From positions 1 to 64,000 of the IMG/VR virus record IMGVR_UViG_3300028558_000791: a stretch of DNA of 64,000 bases; one strand, given 5' to 3'. This document shows positions 52,310-62,015 of this stretch, piece by piece. The notes beneath the pieces were generated by a model. The model saw only the letters and a list, made by a program, of their open reading frames with translations. It was not told the DNA's origin and searched no databases. The position numbers were made by a program, and so were the translations under genes. Numbering within the stretch: the first letter of the stretch is position 1; the number at the start of each line of letters is the position of its first letter.

Positions 52310-53233
52310 ATGTCCACTAAGAATCTCGCCCGTACCGTCATTGAAGGCGGTCGTCATAAGGGCAACAAATGGGATCGTCACTACTCAAACGCAGAAGAAC
52401 GCGCCCATCTCAGAAACTATATGCAGGAAGTTCGTCAAGACCCTGACAACTATGATGCTTACGATATTGAACCTCGTCAGCACGTTTACAAAGGTTTCGA
52501 TGATAAACTTGGCCCTATCTATCGTTGGTTAGACCGTCAGGTTGGTCGTCCTTGGGATGAAGTTCGTTCCGACGTTACCAAAACTTTTGACACTCGTACC
52601 ACGGCTGGCCGTCACATTGTCTACGATCATATGCTACAATCTGTTGAGGTAACTCCAGATGTCAGGCGCCGATATTATTCCAATCCAGATGATCCAACAA
52701 CCTCTTATTCTAAGCATGATTTCTATGTAGATGATGATGGGTTCTTACAGAAAAAGCGTTACCTTGGCCGCCGCTATGCTCGCGAAAAGGTACCACCATT
52801 TGATATTAACCAGATTTCCAATTGGCTCAACGGCAAAATCGTTGGCAAGGTTGGCAACAAATTCTTCTGGTTTGTCCCCGCCACCAAGAGCAAGAAGGGT
52901 GGTTACAGCCACATCTGGGCTACTGAATGGCACCGTGGCAGCTACTATGCTCCAACTGGTCCTCAGTTCTTATACCTCTCTTATGAGCCTGTGCACAAGA
53001 CAGACTCGGCTGGTCGGGCCATTATTGGTGAAGATGGTAAGATGATTGTCATTGGCCGCACTGCTAAGTGGGTTCGTGCCAGTACCCCAACTCTTCGTCA
53101 GGATCGCAAGCTTAATCCAAAAGAATTGGATTACTGGAACTCTTTGCCAGAGTATTATCAGACTAAAATCCTTCAGCTTTCGCCGGGTTATCCAAAGCCT
53201 CCGAAGAGAGATTCTTGGGGATATTACTACTAA
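52310..53233 (+). CDS. Hypothetical phage protein
   Basis: GGAG RBS; QVGRPWDEVRS motif. Confidence 0.65.
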   Translation: MSTKNLARTVIEGGRHKGNKWDRHYSNAEERAHLRNYMQEVRQDPDNYDAYDIEPRQHVYKGFDDKLGPIYRWLDRQVGRPWDEVRSDVTKTFDTRTTAGRHIVYDHMLQSVEVTPDVRRRYYSNPDDPTTSYSKHDFYVDDDGFLQKKRYLGRRYAREKVPPFDINQISNWLNGKIVGKVGNKFFWFVPATKSKKGGYSHIWATEWHRGSYYAPTGPQFLYLSYEPVHKTDSAGRAIIGEDGKMIVIGRTAKWVRASTPTLRQDRKLNPKELDYWNSLPEYYQTKILQLSPGYPKPPKRDSWGYYY

Positions 53234-53248
53234 TTTCACATCTTCTTT

Positions 53249-53770
53249 ATGAAGGTGCATGGTCCTTACAAGAGAAAAGATGGTCGTCAAATTGTTATCG
53301 TCATAGAAGATGACGGAACAAAACGTACTATTTCATATCCAAAATGGCTTCTAGAATTGCAATTAGGCCGCAGGCTTGACCCAAATCTAGAAACCGTTGA
53401 CCATATTGATTCTAATTTCGATAATAATAATTTCGAGAATCTAAGAATCATGCCGCGTAATGAACACTCTCGTGAAGATACTAGGCGTGTCAAGCATGTG
53501 AAGTTTGATTGTGCCTGGTGTAAAAAGGAATTCGAACGTAGCCCACGTCTCATTAGAGATAAAGCACGTAAGAATAAGGCAGGCCCATTCTGTTCTAGAC
53601 AGTGTGCCGGCAAGTACAGTCGAAAGTTACAACTTAAATTGATTGACAAATTCGACACCCAGCCGGTCATTGATTCGGAATATTATAAGAAGAAATACGT
53701 GAAAGCGTTTTCTTCGATCATTGACAGCGACTCTCTAATTGATTATCTTTGTGACGTTTGGGAAGAATAA
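53249..53770 (+). CDS. HNH homing endonuclease
   Basis: ETVDHIDSNFDNNNFENL; CAWC..FCSRQC. Confidence 0.85.
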   Translation: MKVHGPYKRKDGRQIVIVIEDDGTKRTISYPKWLLELQLGRRLDPNLETVDHIDSNFDNNNFENLRIMPRNEHSREDTRRVKHVKFDCAWCKKEFERSPRLIRDKARKNKAGPFCSRQCAGKYSRKLQLKLIDKFDTQPVIDSEYYKKKYVKAFSSIIDSDSLIDYLCDVWEE

Positions 53771-53852
53771 AGATCTTCATTTGACATTTGATAAGTGCCG
53801 ACATATGTTGTGCGATGGTTGTTATGACCTACAACAAAAGGAAGCAAAATCA

Positions 53853-54890
53853 ATGAAGAAATTTTTGAAAGTATTTAGTGCTGCTCTATTGGGGGCAGGA
53901 TTATTTGCATTACCTTCTTTGGCGCATGCCCAAGAAGTTACTCTTAGAGTAGAGCCTGGTGTAGCTATTCCGCTCACTAACCCGCAAGCTCAGCGATTCG
54001 ATGTTGGTGGCGCAGTTGCCGTCAAGCCAGAGATTGGTATTGGACCCTATTTTAGTGTGGGTCCCCAGTTAACCTATATGGTTTTACCCTCTTCCGTTTC
54101 CGGCGTTGATGCCGGAACTGCATTAAGCCTTGGTGCTTTTGCACGTGTAAAGAGACCACATGATTACGCACATAACCCTGGCACTGGTTTCGATGCAGTC
54201 TCTCCTTGGATTGACGGCGATGCAGGATATGTTCGCACAGATTCTCTAGATCGTTTTAACTGGTCTGTTGCTGTTGGAGCTTCTGTTCCAACCAGTGATA
54301 GTCGATGGTTATGGGTTGGTCCATTCGCACGCTTCAATGATATTCATGAGGCATACGATAAGGCTGGCACTAATACCAATAATGCCAAGACTTTGATTCT
54401 TGGACTGAGCTTTGAACTTGGCGCGGCTGCAAAGCGTGTTGAAGAGCCAAAGCCAGTTGCTCCGCCGCCTCCTGCACCTCCACCAATTGTAGAACAACCA
54501 AAGAAGGTTGAACCACTTCCTCCACCACCTCCGGTTGAGATTGTCAAGTTCAAGCCTCGTATTCAGTTCGCTTGGGACTCTGCAATTCTAGATTCAACAC
54601 AGACCACTGCATTAGCCGGTGTTGTCAAGTCTCTCTTAGCCGACAAGACTTATAATGTCAAAATTGAAGGCCATGCGTCTTCTGAAGGGCAAGTAGAGCA
54701 TAACAACAAGTTAGCTCAAAAGAGAGCTGATGCAGTTCGTAACTTCCTTATTGCCAATGGTGTCGATGGGAAGCGTTTGACCGCAACGGGATTCGGGTCT
54801 AAGGTTCCAGTTGCCGATAACAAGACTGAAGCTGGACGTATTCAAAATCGTCGAGTTGAGTTTGATGTTTCATTCGTAGTGGTAAAGTAA
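53853..54890 (+). CDS. OmpA family outer-membrane protein
   Basis: Signal peptide, beta-barrel, Pro linker, IEGHAS..N..LAQKRA..NRRVEF. Confidence 0.9.
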   Translation: MKKFLKVFSAALLGAGLFALPSLAHAQEVTLRVEPGVAIPLTNPQAQRFDVGGAVAVKPEIGIGPYFSVGPQLTYMVLPSSVSGVDAGTALSLGAFARVKRPHDYAHNPGTGFDAVSPWIDGDAGYVRTDSLDRFNWSVAVGASVPTSDSRWLWVGPFARFNDIHEAYDKAGTNTNNAKTLILGLSFELGAAAKRVEEPKPVAPPPPAPPPIVEQPKKVEPLPPPPPVEIVKFKPRIQFAWDSAILDSTQTTALAGVVKSLLADKTYNVKIEGHASSEGQVEHNNKLAQKRADAVRNFLIANGVDGKRLTATGFGSKVPVADNKTEAGRIQNRRVEFDVSFVVVK

Positions 54891-54903
54891 AGAGGTTAAA
54901 GCA

Positions 54904-55710
54904 ATGAAGAAATTTTTTCTTGTATTATCGCTTCTTGCAGTAGGTATCTTCGCCGGCTGTGGTTCTCAATTAGTTGAGTTCCCAGAAGACGGGGCGGCCA
55001 CCGCAGATAGCGGCGTTCCAGTAGACGACGGCTCTACTGATAACGATGTAAATGTAACACCACCTGATAGTGGTGTATGCGTGGATCAAAATTGTCCTTT
55101 GGGACAAGCATGTCAAAATGGCGTTTGTACTCCTGTCGATCCTTGCTCCGGCGTTACCTGCCCTGATGGTGACGTTTGCAAAGATGGAACCTGTACTCCA
55201 GTTGACCCATGCGTTGGTGTAACTTGCCCTGATGGCAGCGTATGTAAAGACGGCATTTGCACTCCAGTTGATCCTTGTGCTGGCGTAACTTGCCCTAAAG
55301 GTGTTCAGTGTGTGAATGGCACTTGCCCAACTCCACCTGATGCTGGCTTGCCTGATTCCGGTCCACCAAAGGATCCATGTGATGGTGTCTGCTGTCCCAA
55401 GAATGATGTCTGCAAAGACGGAGCTTGTGTACCAGTTGATCCTTGTGCAGGCGTGAAGTGCTGTGTTGGTAAGGTCTGTAAGGAAGGTGCTTGTGTCCCA
55501 GTTGACCCATGTGCTGGAGTACAGTGCCCAGAAAGCAGGGTCTGTAAGAATGGCTCATGTGTATGTGATGGTGATAATGATGATGACAACCACGGTTGCA
55601 AGAGCGGTCAAGACCGTGTCTGTAGCTGGAGTCATGGACAGAAACATCACCACTGTGTTGATCATGACAAGACCTCTTGTCATCAGAAGCATGGTGATAA
55701 AAAAGAGTAA
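54904..55710 (+). CDS. Cys-rich repeat lipoprotein
   Basis: FAGC lipobox; about 6 PVDPCxGVxCPxxxVCKDGxC repeats. Confidence 0.8.
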   Translation: MKKFFLVLSLLAVGIFAGCGSQLVEFPEDGAATADSGVPVDDGSTDNDVNVTPPDSGVCVDQNCPLGQACQNGVCTPVDPCSGVTCPDGDVCKDGTCTPVDPCVGVTCPDGSVCKDGICTPVDPCAGVTCPKGVQCVNGTCPTPPDAGLPDSGPPKDPCDGVCCPKNDVCKDGACVPVDPCAGVKCCVGKVCKEGACVPVDPCAGVQCPESRVCKNGSCVCDGDNDDDNHGCKSGQDRVCSWSHGQKHHHCVDHDKTSCHQKHGDKKE

Positions 55711-55733
55711 TTAACCTCACTCTAACTTCAGAT

Positions 55734-55761
55734 AGCCTATACTGTAACAGGTATAGGCTTT
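55734..55761 (+). terminator. Intrinsic terminator
   Basis: AGCCTATAC/GTATAGGCT plus T tract. Confidence 0.6.
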
Positions 55762-55843
55762 CCTATTTTTACAAATGATCACGCCTTGACACGGGATAAT
55801 TCCGTGAATATCTTGGGGCGTGTAACCAAGGAAAACAATTACG

Positions 55844-56566
55844 ATGCAAGCTACTACCGTTGCCGCTCAAGGCACTGCTGAGACGAAGTTCAATCAAGTG
55901 ACGTTTAGCGTTCATTTGACTGAAGAAGCGCAGACCGTTCCTAATGCCAAGAACAAATTGGGATTGGCAATACTTGGGCTCAATGAAGCTCTTGATGAAG
56001 TGAAGAAGGAATTAGGATTGGAGTTTGTAAAGAACTCAGTCCGTACATCATCCAGTACCCAAGAGAACTGGGAGTACGTTGGTAAGAACAATACTCGCGA
56101 ACTCAAAGGATATACGATGAGTTATTCTCTGGCGTTCAGTATTAGTGATTTGGATAAGGTTTCTAAGGTCTATGATGCTTTAACTTCTATTCCAAAGGTC
56201 AGGGTGTTACCGCCAGCATTTAGTCTCAAGAATCATGACCGTCTCAACAAGCGTGCTCTCAAAGCTGCTCAGAAGAAAGTCGAAGAACGTTTCGCTATGG
56301 AGTGTGAGATTTTGGGTCTTGTCCCAGCAGATTTCGAAATTGCCAGTTGGGAAACTAGTTACAGCGATTCTCAACGCTCTGATCGAGTTGCTAAGATGTC
56401 AATGCGTTCTGTCGCTCCTATGGCAGGAGCACAGAATTATTCGTCTACTGACATCAATATTATTGAATCAGCAGCAGCACCACATGAACCTGCAATTGGA
56501 TTCACCGTTGGCTTAGCCAGCGTTACCGTCAATCTTGAAATAGGATATGTTCGTAAGGCGCGTTGA
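55844..56566 (+). CDS. SIMPL (DUF541) domain protein
   Basis: V.A.G.A, P.F.L, AL..A pattern; TTGACA-N17-TATCTT promoter at 55786. Confidence 0.7.
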   Translation: MQATTVAAQGTAETKFNQVTFSVHLTEEAQTVPNAKNKLGLAILGLNEALDEVKKELGLEFVKNSVRTSSSTQENWEYVGKNNTRELKGYTMSYSLAFSISDLDKVSKVYDALTSIPKVRVLPPAFSLKNHDRLNKRALKAAQKKVEERFAMECEILGLVPADFEIASWETSYSDSQRSDRVAKMSMRSVAPMAGAQNYSSTDINIIESAAAPHEPAIGFTVGLASVTVNLEIGYVRKAR

Positions 56567-56898
56567 ACATGAGCTTAGCTTGGTCAAAGGATATGGAATT
56601 GGATCCTGGTACGTTTGGAGGTTCTCCGGCATGCCATGTTTTAGTAGATATGATGAATCACAATGTTATTCCTATTATAGAGAAGCATCGTGTTTTATCA
56701 TTCATCAATGATGCTATCTATCAATTCAAGTGGTTATCCACTGTGAAGGAGTATGGCGTCAAGGAGAGGTCTATGGTTCTGATGAGGGACGATATTCTAT
56801 CTAGGGTGGATCATATGCCATATCCTGCCAAGTTTAATTCACATCTGAAGAACGTGATAACTCACCACTTCAGACGATACTTGAAAGAAGAGACCTAG
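56563..56898 (+). CDS. Hypothetical protein
   Basis: Packed ORF. Confidence 0.5.
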   Translation: MNMSLAWSKDMELDPGTFGGSPACHVLVDMMNHNVIPIIEKHRVLSFINDAIYQFKWLSTVKEYGVKERSMVLMRDDILSRVDHMPYPAKFNSHLKNVITHHFRRYLKEET

Positions 56899-57250
56899 AC
56901 AATCGCTCCCGTAAGGAGAGGAAAGTCGGAGCTACGTAGGGCAATTTGCTGGCTAACGGCCAGGCGCAGTGATGCGACAGATAGTGCAACAGAAAAGAAA
57001 CCGCCATGAATCCGCCAGGCCCGAAAGGGAGCAACGGTAGATGGTAAGGGTGAAATGGTGGGGTAAGAGCCCACCGCACCTATAGTGATATAGGTGGCAA
57101 GGTAAACCTCAGATGTAGCAAGCTAAATAGAGAGTGACTTGTCCGGTCAATACTCTCGGGTTAGTGCTGGAGCCATTAGGTAACTAACGGCCAAGATTAA
57201 TGATTGTCTCGATTTATAGACAGGACTCCGCTTATAGGGTGTCTTCTTTC
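56883..57250 (+). ncRNA. rnpB: RNase P RNA, bacterial type A
   Basis: GAGGAAAGTCGGAG, AGTGCAACAGAAA, GGGTGAAA..GGTAAGAG, GGTAAACC, ACAGGACTCCGCTTA; P1 GAAAGAAGA/TCTTCTTTC. Confidence 0.93.
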
Positions 57251-57276
57251 AGGTTCTATTTTTACAAGGATACACA

Positions 57277-57966
57277 ATGACAAACAAAGTTACTACCGTG
57301 TCGGCTCGTGGATGTGTCGTGACAGATTACGATACTGCCACTTTTACCCTTTCCTTCAACGAATTCGCCCCTAAAGCGAAGGAAGCAAAGTTGAAGTTAA
57401 AGAAGGGTGCGTCTAAAATTACTGCCGCCCTTGATGAACTCAAGAAGAGGGGCTTGGAGTTTTTGACCAACAACTACCGCTCTAACATTTCGGTTGCTCC
57501 GAATTATGTTTATGACCGTACCAATGGTGTAAACCGAATGGAAGGCCAAAAGGCTACCTATTCCGTTACTTTCCAGACTCCCACATTGGAGATGGTCAAT
57601 GAAGCATATGATGTGCTTTCTGAGTTGGAAGTAAATGAATACACGGTTAACTCCCCAACCTACTCTGTTAGGGCTGAGGCGCAATTCAAACAACAGGCAT
57701 TGGAAGATGCTTGGAAGGTAGCGCAAGTATTGTTTGCTCACCAGTGCAAAACGCTTGGGTTTGAAGCAGACAAGTTCTCTGTGGATAGCTGGCAGGTAAA
57801 CTACAGCGGTCGTGACCATGGTGGTTTCTCTAAGGGAGCTAACTATACTAACGGTCTCGCTGGTGGTAGCGCAGGCGGTAGTGAAGATGACGCCATCGAG
57901 TTGAATGCTGGTCGTGCAGCTATCGATGTCATCCTTACTGTAGATTACGTTCGTACCGGATCATGA
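57277..57966 (+). CDS. SIMPL (DUF541) domain protein
   Basis: Paralog of 55844-56566; ALEDA, PNYVY. Confidence 0.7.
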   Translation: MTNKVTTVSARGCVVTDYDTATFTLSFNEFAPKAKEAKLKLKKGASKITAALDELKKRGLEFLTNNYRSNISVAPNYVYDRTNGVNRMEGQKATYSVTFQTPTLEMVNEAYDVLSELEVNEYTVNSPTYSVRAEAQFKQQALEDAWKVAQVLFAHQCKTLGFEADKFSVDSWQVNYSGRDHGGFSKGANYTNGLAGGSAGGSEDDAIELNAGRAAIDVILTVDYVRTGS

Positions 57967-58607
57967 AAATCAAACTTGCCTACCCCAAGATTCCCGATAC
58001 ACTAGACTGTCCACTCAAGCAGTGTATTGCATTTGAGAAGTATGATGGAACCAATATCCATTGGACTTTCATGCCGGGTGAGGGGTGGCAAGACTACGGT
58101 GCTCGACGTGACAGATATGCCATCAATACAACTGGTGTTAGAGCCTTTGAGGAAGCGCATCCAGAGTTGAAGGGTGTCCATACTCTATGGGATCAAAAGG
58201 ATCTTCTAAATGATTTCCTTAATGAGAATCCTAAATACAATACTGCTAAAGAAATTATTGTATTCACTGAGTATCTTGGACCCCATTCTTTTGCAGGTCA
58301 ACATGACCCGAAAGATGTTATCAAGCAATTAATTATATTTGATGTCCAAGTTGATGGGAGCTTAATTCCTCCTGAACAATTTGTAGAAGACTTCAAACAA
58401 TTCAATATTGCGAGAGTTGTCTTCCAAGGAAAGTTTTCTGGCCAACTCTTCGTAGATGTTCGAAAAGGCAAGTACGATGTCAAAGAAGGGGTAGTAGTTA
58501 AGGGCATTTACAACAATCAAATCTATATGGCTAAGATTAAGACTGAAGCCTATATGGAACGATTGAAGAACGAATTCAAAGATAATTGGAAAGAATATTG
58601 GGAATGA
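57963..58607 (+). CDS. RNA ligase (Rnl2-like adenylation domain)
   Basis: Motif I EKYDGTN, FTEYLG, IFDV, EGVVVK, AKIK. Confidence 0.8.
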   Translation: MKIKLAYPKIPDTLDCPLKQCIAFEKYDGTNIHWTFMPGEGWQDYGARRDRYAINTTGVRAFEEAHPELKGVHTLWDQKDLLNDFLNENPKYNTAKEIIVFTEYLGPHSFAGQHDPKDVIKQLIIFDVQVDGSLIPPEQFVEDFKQFNIARVVFQGKFSGQLFVDVRKGKYDVKEGVVVKGIYNNQIYMAKIKTEAYMERLKNEFKDNWKEYWE

Positions 58608-58807
58608 TGCGGCATTTCTTCGTGGAGAACGAAGATCAACCGTGTCAGGCTTCTTGGTTTGCCGTAAGCTATGAAACCACCTTTTTTACGGTTTCTGGTG
58701 GTGGATGCAACGCTTCAGGGCTTGGCCCTGGGGTCGGTGACCAGGGAGTTTCCACACCAATCCTATAATTTGAATTAGACGATCTTATTATTTTTCTTTT
58801 GATCTCG

Positions 58808-58835
58808 TTGACAGTGTTGAAAGCGTGCATATAGT
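58808..58835 (+). promoter_or_regulatory. sigma70-like promoter
   Basis: TTGACA-N16-TATAGT. Confidence 0.6.
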
Positions 58836-58879
58836 TATGAATATACACGAGGCACGTCCTCGAATTTTGGAGAATTACA

Positions 58880-59203
58880 ATGAGTTCAAAAGATGTTGAG
58901 CGTATGACCGCTTTTTCACAACAGTGCTATGAAGCCGCTGAGCATGCTCTTGAAGCGATGCAAGATGGCGAACGCATTCAAATCAAACAGTTAGCCCAAG
59001 TAGTTGGTCTAGCAGTTGCCAAGGACCCAAAAGAAGTTCTAGGTTTTGTCAATCACTACGCACATGATAACAGTCTTGCTTACGTCACCCGAGGTAAGAA
59101 TGGCGGCATTATCAAGGGCCTAAAACCAGCAAAAGTTGTCAAGGCCAGCAAGCGCCAGAAAAAGGCTGATGCTGACGTTGCCACATCTACTGACGCAACC
59201 TAA
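58880..59203 (+). CDS. Hypothetical protein (paralog of 26817-27269; possible winged helix)
   Basis: YVTRGKNGGI; GGAG RBS. Confidence 0.6.
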   Translation: MSSKDVERMTAFSQQCYEAAEHALEAMQDGERIQIKQLAQVVGLAVAKDPKEVLGFVNHYAHDNSLAYVTRGKNGGIIKGLKPAKVVKASKRQKKADADVATSTDAT

Positions 59204-59212
59204 GAGGGTTAT

Positions 59213-59545
59213 GTGTCAAAAGATAGAGATACCCTTGCTCAGCTTCTAAAGAACTGGGCTCAAGACCATGACCACAATTTCATAATTGCATCACCTGAAC
59301 CTGGTGATGATGGCCTTACTCAGACCGGATCTTTCCTCTCATACGTTCTTCGGCAAGAAGGAGCTAGTGTTGATCTAGTTGGATTACTAGACCGCATAGA
59401 ACTCTACGTTGATAGAATCAGAGGTAAGGTCGGCCTGGATGGTATGTTCTGTCGTAAGTGTAAGTCCTTCTACAAGTATGCTGAAGGCAACCAGCCCGAC
59501 GGCTCTTTATTGTGTTATTCGTGTCGAAGTAGTCCATATACCTAA
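59213..59545 (+). CDS. Zinc-finger protein
   Basis: CRKC...CYSC. Confidence 0.6.
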   Translation: MSKDRDTLAQLLKNWAQDHDHNFIIASPEPGDDGLTQTGSFLSYVLRQEGASVDLVGLLDRIELYVDRIRGKVGLDGMFCRKCKSFYKYAEGNQPDGSLLCYSCRSSPYT

Positions 59546-59554
59546 GAGGATGTC

Positions 59555-60910
59555 ATGAAGAACTTTGTAGTCATTGGTGGCGGTACAGTCTCCCATGTTC
59601 GTAATCATTTGGCCCTATGTGCCCCAGCTTACGGAACTACTGCAAAGAAAATGTTTACCATGCTCTACCATAAGCTAGGAGTGAGTGGTGCTGAAGCTAG
59701 CCTCCGAGAGTATGGTTACTGGCCTTCTAGACAAGAATTTGACGTCCAACTCTATCTAACTAAGATGGCTGGACATGATGAGTATGCTCAGCCTTCCAAT
59801 CTAGAAACCAATGAAGACGTTTCCAAACTGGTTGACGAGCTAATTGCAGACCCTAATACTAAAGCCATCATCTTCAACCCAGCTTTGGTAGATTTTGAGG
59901 GTGGAATCGAAAAAGAGCCTCATCTAGAAGATAAAACTAAAGACTATTTTGAATTTAGCACAGTTACCTCTAGTGGTAAATATGAGCCTCGTCTAAAAAC
60001 TTCTGAAGGCGAACAAACGATGTTGTTGTGGCCTGCGGAGAAATTAGTAAAGAAAATTCGCAAAGAACGCAAGGATATTTTCTTGGTCGCTTTCAAGACA
60101 ACTTGTGGGGCAACCGAGGATGAGCAGTTTTTAACTGGCCTGCACTTACTCAAATCTAACTCCTGTAACCTAGTCCTAGCTAACGATACTAAGACTCGCG
60201 TCAACATGATCATCACACCCGAGCAAGCTCGTCACTGTGTCACTACTGACCGTGACATTGCTCTGGACATGTTGATGGAGATGACCATCTCTCGTTCCAA
60301 GGGTACCTTCACTAGGTCTAAAGTAGTCACTGGTAGGGGTGTTCCATGGGGTCATGAGCTGGTTCCAAGCTCTCTTAGAGCGGTAGTTGACCACTGTGTC
60401 AAGGCAGGGGCCTATAAGCCCTTCCAAGGTTCAACAGTTGGTCACTTTGCCGTCAAGGTAGATGACAACAAGTTCCTCACCTCTATGCGTAAGACCAACT
60501 ACAACCAGCTAGAGGAGCTGGCATTGGTCCATGCCAATGGTGATAATGAGGTTTGGAGTCAGGGAGGTAAGCCTTCGGTGGGTGGTCAGTCACAACGTAT
60601 CGTCTTCCGCGAGCATCCAGGCATGGACTGTATCGTTCACTTTCACTGCCCTCCCAAGCCTGGAGCAAAGCTTTCTGTTAGAGACCAGGCGCCCTATGAA
60701 TGTGGTAGCCATGAGTGCGGCAAGAACACCAGTGCAGGTCTTAGAGAGGAAGAAACGGGTATCAAGTGTGTCTATTTGGACAACCATGGCCCCAATATTG
60801 TCTTCAATCGTAATGTCGACCCTGAGAGGGTTATCAAGTTTATCGAAGAGAACTTCGACCTCACCAAGTCTACTGACGGGGTGGATAGGACAAAAGTAGC
60901 GGTGGTATAA
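59555..60910 (+). CDS. CoaB/DFP-like domain fused to class II aldolase/adducin-like domain
   Basis: GGGT..VR, ALVDF, LVAFK, LVLAND; C-terminal PS, IVHFH, NHG. Confidence 0.7.
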   Translation: MKNFVVIGGGTVSHVRNHLALCAPAYGTTAKKMFTMLYHKLGVSGAEASLREYGYWPSRQEFDVQLYLTKMAGHDEYAQPSNLETNEDVSKLVDELIADPNTKAIIFNPALVDFEGGIEKEPHLEDKTKDYFEFSTVTSSGKYEPRLKTSEGEQTMLLWPAEKLVKKIRKERKDIFLVAFKTTCGATEDEQFLTGLHLLKSNSCNLVLANDTKTRVNMIITPEQARHCVTTDRDIALDMLMEMTISRSKGTFTRSKVVTGRGVPWGHELVPSSLRAVVDHCVKAGAYKPFQGSTVGHFAVKVDDNKFLTSMRKTNYNQLEELALVHANGDNEVWSQGGKPSVGGQSQRIVFREHPGMDCIVHFHCPPKPGAKLSVRDQAPYECGSHECGKNTSAGLREEETGIKCVYLDNHGPNIVFNRNVDPERVIKFIEENFDLTKSTDGVDRTKVAVV

Positions 60911-61233
60911 TGTTCATTCACTATGATAAACAGATTCTCAACTCTGACACTATTAGATGGATTGAGTGCTATAATTTGGTCAATGGAGGCTATATCCGCC
61001 TCTATCTTCAGGATGGTTCATCTGAATTGGTAGAGGGGCCAGCCGCATTCGATATAGTGATGCGGCTGTGTCCTGATGCACTAGAGGGTGAGCGGGCCAA
61101 GTATAAGCGCCATGCATGGGCGATTCATAATTTAATTGGTCACCCCTTGATGCAGGTTTTTTCGTGGTTAGGTTTAACAAAGTTAGGGCTGAAAATTCAT
61201 GACATTACTGTCCCCAATCCTATCACTAAGTAG
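60910..61233 (+). CDS. Hypothetical phage protein
   Basis: WAIHNLIGHPL..IHD motif. Confidence 0.55.
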   Translation: MFIHYDKQILNSDTIRWIECYNLVNGGYIRLYLQDGSSELVEGPAAFDIVMRLCPDALEGERAKYKRHAWAIHNLIGHPLMQVFSWLGLTKLGLKIHDITVPNPITK

Positions 61234-61243
61234 GTAAGCAAGC

Positions 61244-61783
61244 ATGGGAACTAAACTGGAAATCGAGCGAAAGTACTTGGTCAAGCTTCCAACATCTTGG
61301 GCGGCTCTCGCAGAACTTTTTGATGGCATAGTAGATGTCAAGCGCATTTCACAGACGTATCTGGTGGCAGAAAAGGGTGAACAGTCATCCAGGGTTAGAA
61401 AAACCATAGAAGGGCTGAGCGGTGACACTGAAACTGTATACCATCATAACCAGAAGAAGCCAACGGGCGATACTGGAGTCCATGAAGAAACCGAGTCAGA
61501 GATTAATGAAAAAGAGTATAACAAGGCCCTCAAGGGAGCAAGACCTGATAAGTGCGCTGTTGAAAAGACCCGCTTCGTCTTCGAGTGGCACGATCAAATT
61601 TTTGAGCTTGACCTGTTCAAAGGGCACCTCAAGGGGCTGGCTATATTGGAGATTGAGTTAGAAGACAAAGACGATACTGTAGAGTTACCGCCCTTTCTCA
61701 AAATTGTCAAAGAGGTAACTAAGGACAAGAAGTTTACTAATTTCAGTCTAGCTGATAAAAAATTAAAAGAGAAATGTGAGTAA
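61244..61783 (+). CDS. CYTH domain protein
   Basis: EIERKYL (ExExK), RVRK, KTR, ELD, EIE. Confidence 0.88.
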   Translation: MGTKLEIERKYLVKLPTSWAALAELFDGIVDVKRISQTYLVAEKGEQSSRVRKTIEGLSGDTETVYHHNQKKPTGDTGVHEETESEINEKEYNKALKGARPDKCAVEKTRFVFEWHDQIFELDLFKGHLKGLAILEIELEDKDDTVELPPFLKIVKEVTKDKKFTNFSLADKKLKEKCE

Positions 61784-62015
61784 GACTATGGCAAGTTTGA
61801 AAGACCTATCATCCAAAATCACTGCTGCTTTGGATAAAATCCTCCCAGAAGAGGTTCGTTGCGCCTTCGTTATGATTGATATCAAGGAGAAGGAAGTCTC
61901 GACAGTTTCCAATATGAGCGACGAAAGTACCATCGCTTTGCTGGAAGAGGCTATCAAAGGGCTGCAAGATCCTGAAGTTGTTGTAAGTGATGTGGATGAA
62001 TTGAAAATCAACTGA
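61776..62015 (+). CDS. Hypothetical protein
   Basis: Packed ORF. Confidence 0.5.
   Translation: MSKTMASLKDLSSKITAALDKILPEEVRCAFVMIDIKEKEVSTVSNMSDESTIALLEEAIKGLQDPEVVVSDVDELKIN

Noticed and set aside
54904-55710. DNA repeat array or diversity-generating element
   Set aside because: The repeats are in-frame protein repeats with synonymous variation, and there is no reverse transcriptase.
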